Of a stretch of 64,000 nucleotides of DNA, positions 51,150-62,164 are shown in pieces. Both the position numbers and the translations under genes were made by a program. The notes beneath the pieces are model-generated. The model had not been told where the DNA came from, ran no database searches, and worked only from the letters and a program-made list of their open reading frames with translations. Positions within the stretch are counted from its first letter, which is position 1. Every line of letters starts with the position of its first letter. Where the stretch lies: the NCBI GenBank assembly GCA_963754875.1, contig CAVWHO010000016.1:584586-648585 (forward strand), in the 5' to 3' direction. Source of the stretch: Nitrospirota bacterium (lineage in GTDB: Bacteria; Nitrospirota; UBA9217).

Positions 51150-52958
51150 ATGTATCAGCAGGAAGGCCCGCTCGATTTACAGAAAAGACTCCCCTTACTG
51201 GCGGTCTACATCGTGGCGTGTACGCTTGCCCTCTTCATACGGCTCTGGTATCTCCAGGCAGTCAAGGGAGCATATTACTACGAACAGGCGGAGAGCAATC
51301 GTATCAGACCGGTGAGACTCAGGCCGCCGCGGGGCATTATTTACGACCGCTACGGAAGGCCACTCGTCGAAAACGTTCTCACGTTCGATGTTTCCCTGGT
51401 CCCGGAGGACGCGCCGGACCTTGATGCTACGATCGAGACGATTTCGTCCATCCTCAAGATCGACAAGTCGTCCATCCGCACGGCACTGGACGATGCCGCC
51501 CCGGTCAGGTCAAAATACGATCCGGTCAAGATACAGGAGGAAGCGCCGTGGAACGAGGTGGCGCTCGTTGAGGCCCACCAGGAAGACATTCCCGGAGCGA
51601 TCATCGAACCGGAGCACCGCAGACACTACCCCTACGATGGACTCGCCTCGCACCAACTCGGCTATATCGGCAAGGCGTCGCCGAACCAGCGAAAACAAGA
51701 TCAGGACATCGGCCTGCTGACCGGGCAGGGGGGGCTCGAAAAGATTTACGACAAGCTGCTGCGCGGCATCGCCGGAAGGCGAATGATCCAGGTGAATGCC
51801 GCGGGACGAAAGGTCAAGGACTTGGGAATAGAAGAACCCCGGCCCGGGACCGACCTTTACCTCACTATTGATCTTGATGCTCAAAAAGCCGCCGAGGAGG
51901 GGCTCGGCGACCATGCCGGCGCCGTCGTGGCCATGGATCCGAACAACGGAGAACTGATCGCCCTCGCCAGCCACCCGAACTTTGATCCGAATTTATTTCC
52001 GAGGGGGATTTCGCCAAAGGACTGGGTTCGCTTGATGAACGATCCGACTCACCCCTTGTACAACAGGGCCATCCAAAGCGTATACCCTCCGGGCTCAACG
52101 TTCAAAATCATCGTTGCGCTTGCGGGACTCGCGTACGGCGTGATTACCCCGGATGAAAAGATCGTTTGTCATGGGTCTCTCAAAAGCGGCAAACACTCCT
52201 TCCGGTGCTGGAAAAAGGACGGCCACGGCGCGGTTTCTATGCATCAGGCCATCGTCGAATCCTGCGACGTCTACTTTTACACCCTGGGAGATCGCATCGG
52301 CTGGGACCGGGTCGCCGCGTTCGCGAAAAAGCTCGGATACGGAAGCCTGACCGGCATTCCTCTTCCCGACGAGAAGCCAGGCCTCATTCCCACAACGGAG
52401 TGGAAGAAAAAGCGGACCGGAGAAGCATGGTACGGCGGTGACACTTTCATCAATTCTATCGGCCAGGGGTACGTTCTCGTGAGCCCCATCCAGGCGTGCC
52501 AGCTGATGAGCATTGTCGCGAACGGCGGTTTTTTTTACCGGCCCCAATTGCTCAAACAATCACGGAACCGCGAGACCGGTGTTGTCACAACCTTTCCAGC
52601 GAATCTTGAAAATAAAATCACCATCGATGCCGCTGCGCTTGACGAGGTGCGGCGCGCACTCGCCGGCGTCGTTGCCGAACCCGGCGGCACTGGCCATGCG
52701 GCCCAGACGCCGCTCGCGACTGTCGCGGGCAAATCAGGGACCAGCCAGGTCATCGCGCAGAAAGTCGCTGGACGGCACTTGGCAGAAAATGCCAGGGACC
52801 ATGCATGGTTCATTGCCTATGCGCCGGTCGAAAGCCCGAAGATTGCCGTGGCCGTGCTCGTTGAGCACGGCGGTCACGGCGGCAGTGCGGCCGCGCCCAT
52901 CGCACGAAGAGTCATTGAGGAGTATTTGAAAAATGTTGAGCCAAAGATGGTTCACTAA
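51150..52958 (+). CDS. mrdA: Penicillin-binding protein 2
   Basis: PRGIIYDR, PGSTFK (SxxK), SCDVYFY, GKSGT, DHAWF. Confidence 0.95.
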   Translation: MYQQEGPLDLQKRLPLLAVYIVACTLALFIRLWYLQAVKGAYYYEQAESNRIRPVRLRPPRGIIYDRYGRPLVENVLTFDVSLVPEDAPDLDATIETISSILKIDKSSIRTALDDAAPVRSKYDPVKIQEEAPWNEVALVEAHQEDIPGAIIEPEHRRHYPYDGLASHQLGYIGKASPNQRKQDQDIGLLTGQGGLEKIYDKLLRGIAGRRMIQVNAAGRKVKDLGIEEPRPGTDLYLTIDLDAQKAAEEGLGDHAGAVVAMDPNNGELIALASHPNFDPNLFPRGISPKDWVRLMNDPTHPLYNRAIQSVYPPGSTFKIIVALAGLAYGVITPDEKIVCHGSLKSGKHSFRCWKKDGHGAVSMHQAIVESCDVYFYTLGDRIGWDRVAAFAKKLGYGSLTGIPLPDEKPGLIPTTEWKKKRTGEAWYGGDTFINSIGQGYVLVSPIQACQLMSIVANGGFFYRPQLLKQSRNRETGVVTTFPANLENKITIDAAALDEVRRALAGVVAEPGGTGHAAQTPLATVAGKSGTSQVIAQKVAGRHLAENARDHAWFIAYAPVESPKIAVAVLVEHGGHGGSAAAPIARRVIEEYLKNVEPKMVH

Positions 52959-54063
52959 TCTGTCCTGGGGTATGGTCTCCCTTATATTCGGCATTACGTT
53001 CATCGGTCTTGCCGCGGTCTATAGCGCGACCTATACGTCCCACGGACCTTCGTCTCTCTACTATAAACAGATCGTCTGGGTGTCCATGGGCATCATCGTC
53101 ATGTTATTCGCCCTCATTGTGGACTATCACACCGTCGGACGATACGCCTATATCCTGTATGCGTTCTCTCTTTTTCTGTTGTTACTCGTCATGGTAATCG
53201 GAAAGAGCGGCATGGGCGCTCAGCGCTGGCTGGCTATCGGTCCCTTTGTCTTCCAGCCTTCCGAGCTTGCCAAACTGTCGCTCACGCTGGCTTTGGCACG
53301 ATACTTTGCAGAGGACCCTCGTCGAGGCGGCTACGGCCTCAGGGACCTGGCTATTCCCGGCGCCATGGTCATAGTCCCCTTAGTGCTCGTGCTCAAGCAG
53401 CCCGATCTCGGCACGGCACTTATGCTGCTCCTTACGGCTTCGATCATCGTCGTTATTGCCGGCATTCACCTGCGATCGGTCTTGACTATCCTTGTTAGCA
53501 TCGCGGTCGTTGTTTCGCTGGTCCTGTTCGTTCCTCCGGTGCGCCACAAGATCTGGGGGTCGTTTAAGCCTTATCAACAAAACAGGATCAGGGCGTTTAT
53601 CGATCCGGGTTCCGATCCCCTGGGAAGCGGGTATCATGCTAACCAGTCGAAAATTGCTGTCGGATCTGGCCAGATCTTAGGCAAAGGATACCGCCGTGGA
53701 ACACAGAGTCAAATGGCCTTCCTGCCGGAGCGGCACACCGATTTTATTTTCGCGGTCATTGCCGAGGAGATGGGACTGGTCGGCTCCGGGGTGCTGATCC
53801 TGCTCTATATGATCTTTCTTCTTATCGGGGTGGACACGGCGAAGAACTCAAAAGACCGTCTCGGCGTTCTCATGGCCAGCGGCATCGTCGGAATGATGTC
53901 GCTCTACGTATTCATCAACGTGGGCATGGCAGTGGGCATCGTGCCGGTCGTCGGCGTACCGCTTCCGCTCGTCAGTTACGGTGGCACATCCATCATTACT
54001 ACCTTCCTCGCTATCGGATTGCTCTTGAATATCCAAACGCGGCGGTTTATGCTGTTCTACTAA
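52933..54063 (+). CDS. rodA: Rod shape-determining protein RodA
   Basis: GAQRW, QPSELAK, QPDLGT, PERHTDFIF, PLVSYGG. Confidence 0.95.
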   Translation: MLSQRWFTNLSWGMVSLIFGITFIGLAAVYSATYTSHGPSSLYYKQIVWVSMGIIVMLFALIVDYHTVGRYAYILYAFSLFLLLLVMVIGKSGMGAQRWLAIGPFVFQPSELAKLSLTLALARYFAEDPRRGGYGLRDLAIPGAMVIVPLVLVLKQPDLGTALMLLLTASIIVVIAGIHLRSVLTILVSIAVVVSLVLFVPPVRHKIWGSFKPYQQNRIRAFIDPGSDPLGSGYHANQSKIAVGSGQILGKGYRRGTQSQMAFLPERHTDFIFAVIAEEMGLVGSGVLILLYMIFLLIGVDTAKNSKDRLGVLMASGIVGMMSLYVFINVGMAVGIVPVVGVPLPLVSYGGTSIITTFLAIGLLLNIQTRRFMLFY

Positions 54064-54139
54064 AAACAGGGTCCGGGAGTCAGGGTTCAGGAATGATGTT
54101 TCTTTCATTGGCCCCCGGCCACTGTCCCGAAGGAGTCCC

Positions 54140-56665
54140 ATGTACCAAGATTTTCTCCCGCTCGTCGCCAAGCCGAGTAGATACATCAACAGCGAGATTA
54201 ACGCCATCCATAAAGACCTGTCAAAAGTGAAGACCAAGGTCTGCCTTTTTTTCCCCGACGCCTACGAAGTCGGAATGTCGCACCTCGGCTTGCGCATCCT
54301 CTATCACATTCTGAACAGCAGGAGCGACACGGCGTGCGAGCGGGTGTTCTCGCCCTGGACGGATTATGAAGAACACCTTCGCGCGTCCGGCAGGCCGTTG
54401 ACGAGCCTTGAGTCTAACCTTCCGCTCGCACAGTTCGACATTATCGGCATTACGCTCCAGTACGAGCTGTGTTACTCCAATGTCCTCGTTGGCCTGGATT
54501 TGGCACACATTCCTCTCCGTGCCGAGCAACGCACCGGCGATCAGCCCGTTATCATTGCTGGAGGCCCGTGTGCGGTCAATCCGGAACCGCTCTCAGCATT
54601 CATCGATGCCTTCTTCATCGGGGAGGCGGAAGAAGCCATGCATGAGATCATAGAACTGAGGCAGGAGCACAAGAGCAAACTTAGCTTTCTTGAAGCGCTC
54701 GCAGAGCGCGAAGGCTACTATATACCGGCACTGGGCAGGAAGGCCGTACGCAGGCGTTTCATAAAGGACCTTGAATCCGCAGCCTATCCCGATCAGCCCC
54801 TGCTCCCTCTCATGAAACCTATTCATGACCGCGTGACGGTTGAAGTCGCGCGGGGCTGCATCCGCGGGTGCCGCTTCTGTCAGGCGGGAATCATTTATCG
54901 CCCCTACCGAGAGCGGAGCACCGAGCGGGTCAAGGGCCTTCTGCGGGAATCGCTCCGTTGCACCGGATACGATGAACTCTCGCTGGCGTCGCTCAGTGCC
55001 GGCGATTATTCGGAAATTCAGCCGCTCATGCAGAACCTGGTAAACACCTACCGGGATGACCGCATTTCCATATCACTTCCATCGCTCCGCGTCGGGACGC
55101 TCACGAAGGAGATGATCCGGGCCGTTGCCGGCGTGCGCAAGTCCGGCTTCACGCTGGCTCCTGAGGCCGGCACCGAGCGGTTACGACGCGTGATCAACAA
55201 GCCTGTTTCTGATGTGGACCTTTTGGGTGCCGCAGAGACGATTTTCAGCTCGGGCTGGAGTGTGCTGAAACTTTACTTTATGATCGGACTCCCGACTGAG
55301 ACCGACGAAGACCTTGACGGCATCATCAAACTTGCGCAGGAGATACTCTTCGTGGGCAAAAAATCCTCAAAAAGGAACGTACAAATCAACATAACGGTTT
55401 CGACGTTTGTACCGAAGCCCCACACCCCCTTCCAGTGGTTCGGCCAGGCAACGAGGGAGGAGATAAAAAAGAAGCAGGCCTACCTTGAAAAGGGTCTGCG
55501 AAAAAAGGGAATAGCCTTCAAACCCCATGACTCCAAAACGAGCATGATCGAGGGCGCTTTCGCACGGGGGGACGAGAACATAGGCACCGTAATCGAGGAG
55601 GCCGTACGGCTCGGCTGCCGGTTTGACGGGTGGGCGGAGTCTTTTGACTTTTCGAAGTGGGAACAGGCGTTCCAAACCTGCGGCATGGACCCGACGGCCC
55701 TCGCCTCGCGCAGCTACGATCCAGGCGACGCGCTGCCTTGGGATCATATTCACAGCGGCGTAACGAAGAAATTTCTTCAGCACGAGTACGAGCAGGCGCG
55801 GGCCGCCGTGATTACGGAAAACTGCCGCGTGGCGTGCGAACATTGCGGTATCGGCTGCAGGGACGGAGGCACGACCGGCTTTGGGAAAGCGACCGTCTCG
55901 AAAGAAACGCCCGTTCACAAGACGAGCGATGAGAGCGGAGACAGCGGCTCGGTACAATCAAAGAAAGTCTATCCGAAGAAACAAGACGTGACGGTTCGCT
56001 ACCGGTTGAAATTCACGAAAATGAAGCGGCTTCGCTTTCTTTCTCACTTGGATCTTATGACTCTTTTTCAGCGGGCCGCCGCCCGGGCCCGAGTGCCGAT
56101 TGTTTTTTCCCAGGGATTCAATCCCCATCCGAAGATATCCTTCGGCCCCGCTCTCCCAGTCGGTGTCGAAAGTACTTCTGAATATCTGGACCTGGAAACC
56201 GGCGAATACCTCGAACCGCAGGAGATCACAAAAGCCCTCGAATGTGTGCTTCCTGGAGAAATCGGTATTCTCGAAGCTCGCGTGATTTCCTCAAAAGCGC
56301 CCTCTCTTTCGGGCAGCATCGGCAGGTACGTCTACGAGGTGAATGTGCCAGTGTTATTTGCCAGCAATCTCGAAGAACGGGTAAAATCCTTTTTGTCCCA
56401 AACCTCATTGATTGTGGTGAAAGAAGGAAAACAGAAGGAACTCCGGCCGTGCATCGAGTCAATTTCGGTGACGAGCGGAGAAATTCCTGCTGTTCTTGAA
56501 ATGGTCCTCATCGATCGGGAACAATTCAAACCGCGGTTTCAGGATGTACTCACGCAGCTCTTTGCCCTGGGAGCTGAACAGCTGCATGCATTCCGAGTCA
56601 AGCGAGTAGGTATGTTTTCTTGGGATGAGGCTGCCTGGAAAAGCCCGATGGAAATATCCGGCTAA
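54140..56665 (+). CDS. TIGR03960-type radical SAM protein fused to a DUF2344/TIGR03936-like domain
   Basis: FPDAYEVGMSHLG, RGCIRGCRFCQAG, APEAGT. C-terminal FLSHLD...FSQGFNPHPK. Confidence 0.88.
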   Translation: MYQDFLPLVAKPSRYINSEINAIHKDLSKVKTKVCLFFPDAYEVGMSHLGLRILYHILNSRSDTACERVFSPWTDYEEHLRASGRPLTSLESNLPLAQFDIIGITLQYELCYSNVLVGLDLAHIPLRAEQRTGDQPVIIAGGPCAVNPEPLSAFIDAFFIGEAEEAMHEIIELRQEHKSKLSFLEALAEREGYYIPALGRKAVRRRFIKDLESAAYPDQPLLPLMKPIHDRVTVEVARGCIRGCRFCQAGIIYRPYRERSTERVKGLLRESLRCTGYDELSLASLSAGDYSEIQPLMQNLVNTYRDDRISISLPSLRVGTLTKEMIRAVAGVRKSGFTLAPEAGTERLRRVINKPVSDVDLLGAAETIFSSGWSVLKLYFMIGLPTETDEDLDGIIKLAQEILFVGKKSSKRNVQINITVSTFVPKPHTPFQWFGQATREEIKKKQAYLEKGLRKKGIAFKPHDSKTSMIEGAFARGDENIGTVIEEAVRLGCRFDGWAESFDFSKWEQAFQTCGMDPTALASRSYDPGDALPWDHIHSGVTKKFLQHEYEQARAAVITENCRVACEHCGIGCRDGGTTGFGKATVSKETPVHKTSDESGDSGSVQSKKVYPKKQDVTVRYRLKFTKMKRLRFLSHLDLMTLFQRAAARARVPIVFSQGFNPHPKISFGPALPVGVESTSEYLDLETGEYLEPQEITKALECVLPGEIGILEARVISSKAPSLSGSIGRYVYEVNVPVLFASNLEERVKSFLSQTSLIVVKEGKQKELRPCIESISVTSGEIPAVLEMVLIDREQFKPRFQDVLTQLFALGAEQLHAFRVKRVGMFSWDEAAWKSPMEISG

Positions 56666-56704
56666 GCAGGAATTTTTTTCCCTCGCGGAAATTATTTCCC
56701 CTTG

Positions 56705-57811
56705 CTATTTCATACTTCCGGCACCGGCATAACGCCCTTCAGGCTTTTGCGATACGAAGTGTTTGTCAGCGAAGCAGGGAAGAAGACTCGGGACCACGTT
56801 ATTTTTACCGAGCGACTTGGCCTGGTACAACCGTTCATCTGCTTCCCGTAAAAGACAGCTGCCGTCCTGTTTATTTTCAAGGCCAGCCACGCCAAAACTT
56901 GCGGACACTGCAATGCTCTTCCCGTCGAATTGAACCCTGTGGCTTTCAATCATTTTTCTGATCTTATGCGCCACCTGCACAGCGTCGTATAAGGTCGAAT
57001 CAGGCAATACAAGGACAAATTCTTCACCGCCATACCGAACGAGATAATCGGATTTCCTCACCAGGGAAGGGATGAGGCTGGAAATGGCCTTGAGCACGGC
57101 ATCACCTGCCAGATGACCGTAAACGTCATTTATCATTTTAAAATTGTCCAGATCGAGCATGATGACCGAAAGATCAATGCCGTGTCGTTTCGCATACGCT
57201 ATATCGTTCTCGATAAAAGTATTAAGCGCCCGGCGATTGTAGCAATTCGTCAAAGGATCACTGGCAGCTGCGTTTTCAAGTTGTTGGATGTTTAAGTTCT
57301 TTTCTAAAGCGATATTAATGGAAGTAATGATCGTGTTGATGATGACATTATGATGCACAAGCATTTTCTTTCGGGGCAAAATATATAACCTGGCTGAATA
57401 AGTTTCATCGATAACCATGTAAGAAATCAAGTTATTCATATCAACCGTGTCAAGAATGTGTCTATTTTCTCGGGTTTGATTCTCAAAATCATGGATTTTA
57501 CAGTCAATATTTTGACTACCGTAATCCTCTACAACAACTTTCTTGAACTGAGAGCTGTAAATCCTGGGATCTATCCAGAGGTCCATGGAATTATCCTGTT
57601 TCAGGGCAAAACCAAAAAGTTCATAATCCAGGACGTCCTTTAAACATCTCGAAACTTCATATAGAATCGCATCAATATCCCGATGTTTGTTAATTTTAAG
57701 AATATATTGACTCAACGTCAGATAATCGACTCCGCGGGCGAAGCGAAAGCCGAGGTCAACCATTGTCCTGGCATTGCTGAAGAATCGCTTAAGTGAGTAT
57801 CGCATGGCCAC
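56705..57811 (-). CDS. Diguanylate cyclase
   Basis: DPLTNCYNRR, DLDNFKMIND, RKSD I-site, RYGGEEF. Confidence 0.9.
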   Translation of the reverse strand: MAMRYSLKRFFSNARTMVDLGFRFARGVDYLTLSQYILKINKHRDIDAILYEVSRCLKDVLDYELFGFALKQDNSMDLWIDPRIYSSQFKKVVVEDYGSQNIDCKIHDFENQTRENRHILDTVDMNNLISYMVIDETYSARLYILPRKKMLVHHNVIINTIITSINIALEKNLNIQQLENAAASDPLTNCYNRRALNTFIENDIAYAKRHGIDLSVIMLDLDNFKMINDVYGHLAGDAVLKAISSLIPSLVRKSDYLVRYGGEEFVLVLPDSTLYDAVQVAHKIRKMIESHRVQFDGKSIAVSASFGVAGLENKQDGSCLLREADERLYQAKSLGKNNVVPSLLPCFADKHFVSQKPEGRYAGAGSMK

Positions 57812-57831
57812 GTCCTTTCTAGCATTATTAA

Positions 57832-57847
57832 AGCAAGTTTAGTGCCA
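57832..57847 (-). promoter_or_regulatory. sigma54 promoter of the DGC
   Basis: Minus strand TGGCACTAAACTTGCT, near-consensus. Confidence 0.75.
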
Positions 57848-57999
57848 GAACTTCCCGGTTGCCGCCGGAATCTCACACGAATAGAGAACCACGGCCGTTC
57901 GGCCGCGATGAGGCGCCTGAAAATTCTTTTTGTCCTTGTTTACTGGCTCAACTTATAATAAAATAGAAAAGAACCATAACGAAACCCCAAGGAGATCGC

Positions 58000-59504
58000 A
58001 TGTCATCTGAGATCATCGTAAACGCAGGACGAGAGGAAACTCGCGTGGCCCTCCTCGAAAACAGCCTCGTCACGGAAATATATATTGACCGGAAAAAAGA
58101 CCGCGGCATCGCCGGCAATGTTTACAAAGGCAGGATCATGAAAGTCCTCCCGGGTATGCAGGCCGCGTTCATCGACATCGGCCTCGAAAAATCAGCGTTC
58201 CTCTATGTCGGCGACGTATTCGATAGTTCGTCGGAATACACCCCCCTGATGGAGGACGAAGGCCTCGAGCTCGAGGTCGAACCGAAGCGAAAACGCGCCC
58301 ATGCGAACCAGATCGAAGACCTCCTTCAGGAAGGCCAGGAAATCCTCGTGCAGGTGTCCAAGGAGCCGATCAGCACCAAGGGTGCCCGAGTGACGACCTA
58401 TATCAGCATCCCCGGCCGCTATCTTGTCATGATGCCCGGTGTAAACCATATCGGCGTATCGCGCCGCATCGAAAACGGCGAGGAGCGCAAACGGCTTCGT
58501 GAGATCGTGAGCCGGCTGAGAAAGCCTAATACCGGTTACATCATCAGGACCGCGAGTCAGGGAAGGAGCGAGGAAGACTTCGTTGCCGATATAGAGTTCC
58601 TCAGCAGGCTTTGGGACAACGTCCAGAAAAAAAGGAGCGGGCCTCCGCCCCGGCGCTCATGCACAACGAACTCGACCTGGTCTTCCGCGTCATCCGGGAT
58701 GTTTTCACCCGTGATGTGGACAAGATGGTCATCGACTCCCCCGACGAGTACCAGCGCGTGAGGGAATTCGTCGACTCCTACATTCCGCAGCTCGGCAGGC
58801 GGGTCAAACCTTACGACGGTGACGACCCCATCTTCGACCACTACGGGGTCGAGATTGAGATTTCACGCGCCCTCGGGAGGAAGGTTTGGCTCAAGTCTGG
58901 CGGTTATATCATCGTGGACCAGACCGAAGCGCTCGCAGCGATCGACGTCAACACCGGAAGGTACGTGGGCAAGCGTACACTTGAGGATACGATATTAAAG
59001 ACGAACCTCGAAGCCGTGCGTGAGATCGCCTACCAGCTCCGCCTTAGGAACATGGGCGGTATCATTATCCTTGATTTCATCGATATGGAGCGGGAGGACA
59101 ACCGGCGGAAGGTCTACTCAGCGCTCCAGGAAGCGTTGGCGAACGACAAGGCCAAGACCACGATCTCTCATATTTCACCCATCGGCCTCATCGAAATGAC
59201 GAGGAAGCGCATCCGGGAGAGCCTCGGCCGCACGCTGTGCGAACCCTGCCCTTACTGTGATGGCCGCGGCTACATCAAATCGAGTCGCACCGTGTGTTAT
59301 GAGGTCTTGCGCGAACTCCGGAGAGCATTCACGAGCGCAGAGGAAAGAAAGGCGCTCGTCACGGTCAATTCCATGGTTGCCGATATGCTGTATGATGAGG
59401 AACGGCAGGGCGTGGAGGAACTGGAGAAGGAATTCCAGAAAAAGATCGTGATCAAAGCCGACCCCAACCTCCACCAGGAGCAGTATGAGGTCGTGATGGT
59501 TTGA
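58000..59504 (+). CDS. rng: Ribonuclease G (Rne/Rng family), frameshift in the poly-A at ~58630
   Basis: GNVYKG, PGMQAAF, QVSKEP, IDVNTG, GGIIILDFIDM, CPYCDG. Confidence 0.9.
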
Positions 59505-59557
59505 CACTCCCACTGCTAAAGCATGTGGGATTTCTCGCGCTGGTTTTCATAAAAAAA

Positions 59558-60592
59558 CTATGCAGCAACCGGCCGCGCACAGCCGATGCTGGTGGCATAC
59601 TTCATCTTTTTTGCATTGAGCAGCGCCCGGTCGGCGGAAAGGACAAGGTCTTTGGCGTTCCTGCCGTCGCGCGGATACGAAGCGATCCCGATCGTCACCG
59701 CCAGCGCAAACTCGCCGTCAGTGATCCTGATAAACCCTTCTTCGATCTCCTGCTTGATTCGCTTCGAAAATAGATTATAGGCCTTCTGCAGTTTTGTTTC
59801 AGGGAGAATGATGACGATTTCGTCACCGCCGTAGCGTGCCGCAAAATCCGTGCTCCGGACGGCCTTCCTGATCGCCTCGCCGAGGGCTGCCAGCGCCCGG
59901 TCCCCTGCCTGATGTCCGTGGGTATCGTTGAATTTTTTGAAGTCATTCACGTCGATAAACGCAAGGGAGAACTCCCGACCGTGACGATCTGCACGCTGGA
60001 ATTCCCGGTCCAGAACATTTTCAAAGCTTCGGCGATTAAACAGGCCTGTGAGACTGTCGGTATTTGCCTGGTGCGTGAGCGAGCTGTGAGTCCGCGCGTT
60101 ATGAATGGCAATTGCTGCGAAGGATGCGAGGATATCGAGGGCCTGCAGGTCTTCAGACAGGAATTTTCTCGGTGCGATGTCGTCTACATACAGGATGCCG
60201 ACAACCTCGGAGGAAAAGAACAGGGGTGCGCAGACAAGTGACTTGATGCCCGCAGGCTCAATGGCGGGAGCGCCGGCGAAAAAAGATTTGCCGGTGGTGT
60301 TTGTGACAACTGTGGCGGTCCGGGACTTCAGGATGCGATCAGTCAGGCCTCCTTGCCCAATCTTCCACGCGTAGTTCGCAATGAAGCCTTTTGACAATCC
60401 CCGATGGGCATGAATACGCATGGTTTCCGTCTCTGCCGTGTAAAGCGCAATGCTGCCGGCCCGCGTCTTCGTGATTTCCATGGCCTTTTTCAGGATGATC
60501 GCCAGTACCCTGTCAAGGTGCATCTGCGACACGACAGTCCGCGCTGCTTCCATGATATCGAGTAGCCGTTTCTGTTCTTTGTCAACCGCCAT
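59558..60592 (-). CDS. GAF-GGDEF diguanylate cyclase
   Basis: GAF domain (SLVCAPL...VGILYV), DSLTGLFNRR, RSTD I-site, RYGGDEI. Confidence 0.88.
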   Translation of the reverse strand: MAVDKEQKRLLDIMEAARTVVSQMHLDRVLAIILKKAMEITKTRAGSIALYTAETETMRIHAHRGLSKGFIANYAWKIGQGGLTDRILKSRTATVVTNTTGKSFFAGAPAIEPAGIKSLVCAPLFFSSEVVGILYVDDIAPRKFLSEDLQALDILASFAAIAIHNARTHSSLTHQANTDSLTGLFNRRSFENVLDREFQRADRHGREFSLAFIDVNDFKKFNDTHGHQAGDRALAALGEAIRKAVRSTDFAARYGGDEIVIILPETKLQKAYNLFSKRIKQEIEEGFIRITDGEFALAVTIGIASYPRDGRNAKDLVLSADRALLNAKKMKYATSIGCARPVAA

Positions 60593-60661
60593 ACCAGGGC
60601 ACGCTCCGCAGCAGCCGTTCGTTGCCTGCGGGAAACGGCCGCCTATCTTCGACTTTTTTTA

Positions 60662-61504
60662 TCACAGAATGACGATATTGTCAATCAATCTTGTTCGGCC
60701 TAAGCGGACGGCAACGAGGATTACCATGGTATTTCGCGGGGTTTCGAGCGGCGCGAGATTTTCCGGGTCCGCGATCTCGATATAATCGATCGTGACGCCG
60801 GGCTCGCCTTGGAGGATGGCGCGTATCTTGTTCTTTATTTTTTCAGGCTCTCGCGCACCGGCCAGGAACAGCTCGCGGGCCGCCGTCAGGCTGCGGAAAA
60901 GAACCGGCGCTGCGCGCCGTTCATCGGCGTTCAGATAGCTGTTGCGCGAGCTCATGGCAAGGCCGTCCTGCTCGCGGACCGTGGGAAGGACCATGATCTC
61001 CACGTCCAGGTTCAATCCTTTCACCATCCGCTTGATTATCACGCACTGCTGAAAGTCCTTCTGTCCGAAAAACGCTTTATGAGGCTTTACAATGTTGAAG
61101 AGTTTATTCACGACCGTTGCAACGCCGCGAAAGTGACCGGGCCGGACCTTACCTTCCAGGATCTCAGAAATGCCCTCCACGGTGACGAATACGCTCGGCT
61201 TTTCCGGATACATCTCGGAAGCCATCGGCATGAACAGAACGTCGACGCGCGCTGCGTCGCACTTTTTCCTATCACCTTGTTCATCGCGGGGATAGCGCTC
61301 GAAGTCTTCATTTGGCCCGAACTGGGTTGGATTGACGAAGATGCTGACAACTACGACATGACAGGCTTGCCGCGCCTGACGCATCAGTGCAAGGTGGCCC
61401 TCGTGCAAAAAGCCCATGGTAGGCACGAAGCCGATTGAGCGCCCCTGCCTTCTGAGTGATTCCGCGAGGGCCTGCATTTCAAGGATGTTGGTAACTATCT
61501 GCAT
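60662..61504 (-). CDS. panC: Pantoate-beta-alanine ligase
   Basis: VPTMGFLHEGH, FVNPTQF, RPGHFRGV, GQKDFQQ, LAMSSRN, RLIDN. Confidence 0.97.
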   Translation of the reverse strand: MQIVTNILEMQALAESLRRQGRSIGFVPTMGFLHEGHLALMRQARQACHVVVVSIFVNPTQFGPNEDFERYPRDEQGDRKKCDAARVDVLFMPMASEMYPEKPSVFVTVEGISEILEGKVRPGHFRGVATVVNKLFNIVKPHKAFFGQKDFQQCVIIKRMVKGLNLDVEIMVLPTVREQDGLAMSSRNSYLNADERRAAPVLFRSLTAARELFLAGAREPEKIKNKIRAILQGEPGVTIDYIEIADPENLAPLETPRNTMVILVAVRLGRTRLIDNIVIL

Positions 61505-61610
61505 TGTTTAAGCGCTGGCCCCCTTTCTCCCGCAGTGCGAGGGGCGTTCTTCATCCTCTCCGCTACGGGAAGGAGAAAGAAGTGAGGGGGCTCGTGTCAA
61601 AGAAAAAACG

Positions 61611-62036
61611 TTATTTCCCGAGAAGGGTCGTGAACGTGTCGTGATGGGCTTCCTCTTCCGCGAGGATCTCCTCGAACAACAGCCTTGTTGTCGAGTCGCC
61701 TTCCGATGCGGCCTGCTTGATAATCTCTTTATACAGATCAATGGCCTCTTCTTCGGCCTTGGCATCATATTCGAGCATCCCTTTCACCGTACCGCCGACC
61801 TTGATCGGATCGGGCTTGGTCGTCGGGACGACGTCGAAATAGAAAAGCCGCTCAGCGATCTTTTCAGCGTGCTTCATCTCCGTGACTGCAACATCTTTGA
61901 ACACGTCTGCGATCTCTGCCGACTCAAGTCCCTTTGCCATGACATGTTGCCACATATACTGCACACTTACCTGGATCTCGCGTGCGATCGCCTGGTTCAG
62001 CATGCCGGTTAATTTGTTGCTCGCTTTCTGTACCAT
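61611..62036 (-). CDS. Ferritin-like (bacterioferritin-related) diiron protein
   Basis: E...QY, EMKHAE, EEEAIDLY, EEEAHHD. Confidence 0.85.
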   Translation of the reverse strand: MVQKASNKLTGMLNQAIAREIQVSVQYMWQHVMAKGLESAEIADVFKDVAVTEMKHAEKIAERLFYFDVVPTTKPDPIKVGGTVKGMLEYDAKAEEEAIDLYKEIIKQAASEGDSTTRLLFEEILAEEEAHHDTFTTLLGK

Positions 62037-62164
62037 CCTGTTCTCCTTTCGTGATGTCCTGTTCTGTTTTTTTCAAAACCATGCAAGAAAATAGTACCAG
62101 AAAACTCCTGAAATTGAAAGCACCGAAACCGACCGTTGAAGAAAGTCAATCGTTGCCTTGCCGT

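Noticed and set aside
58620..58640. Programmed frameshift in rng at the poly-A run
   Set aside because: A homopolymer length error is the simpler explanation.
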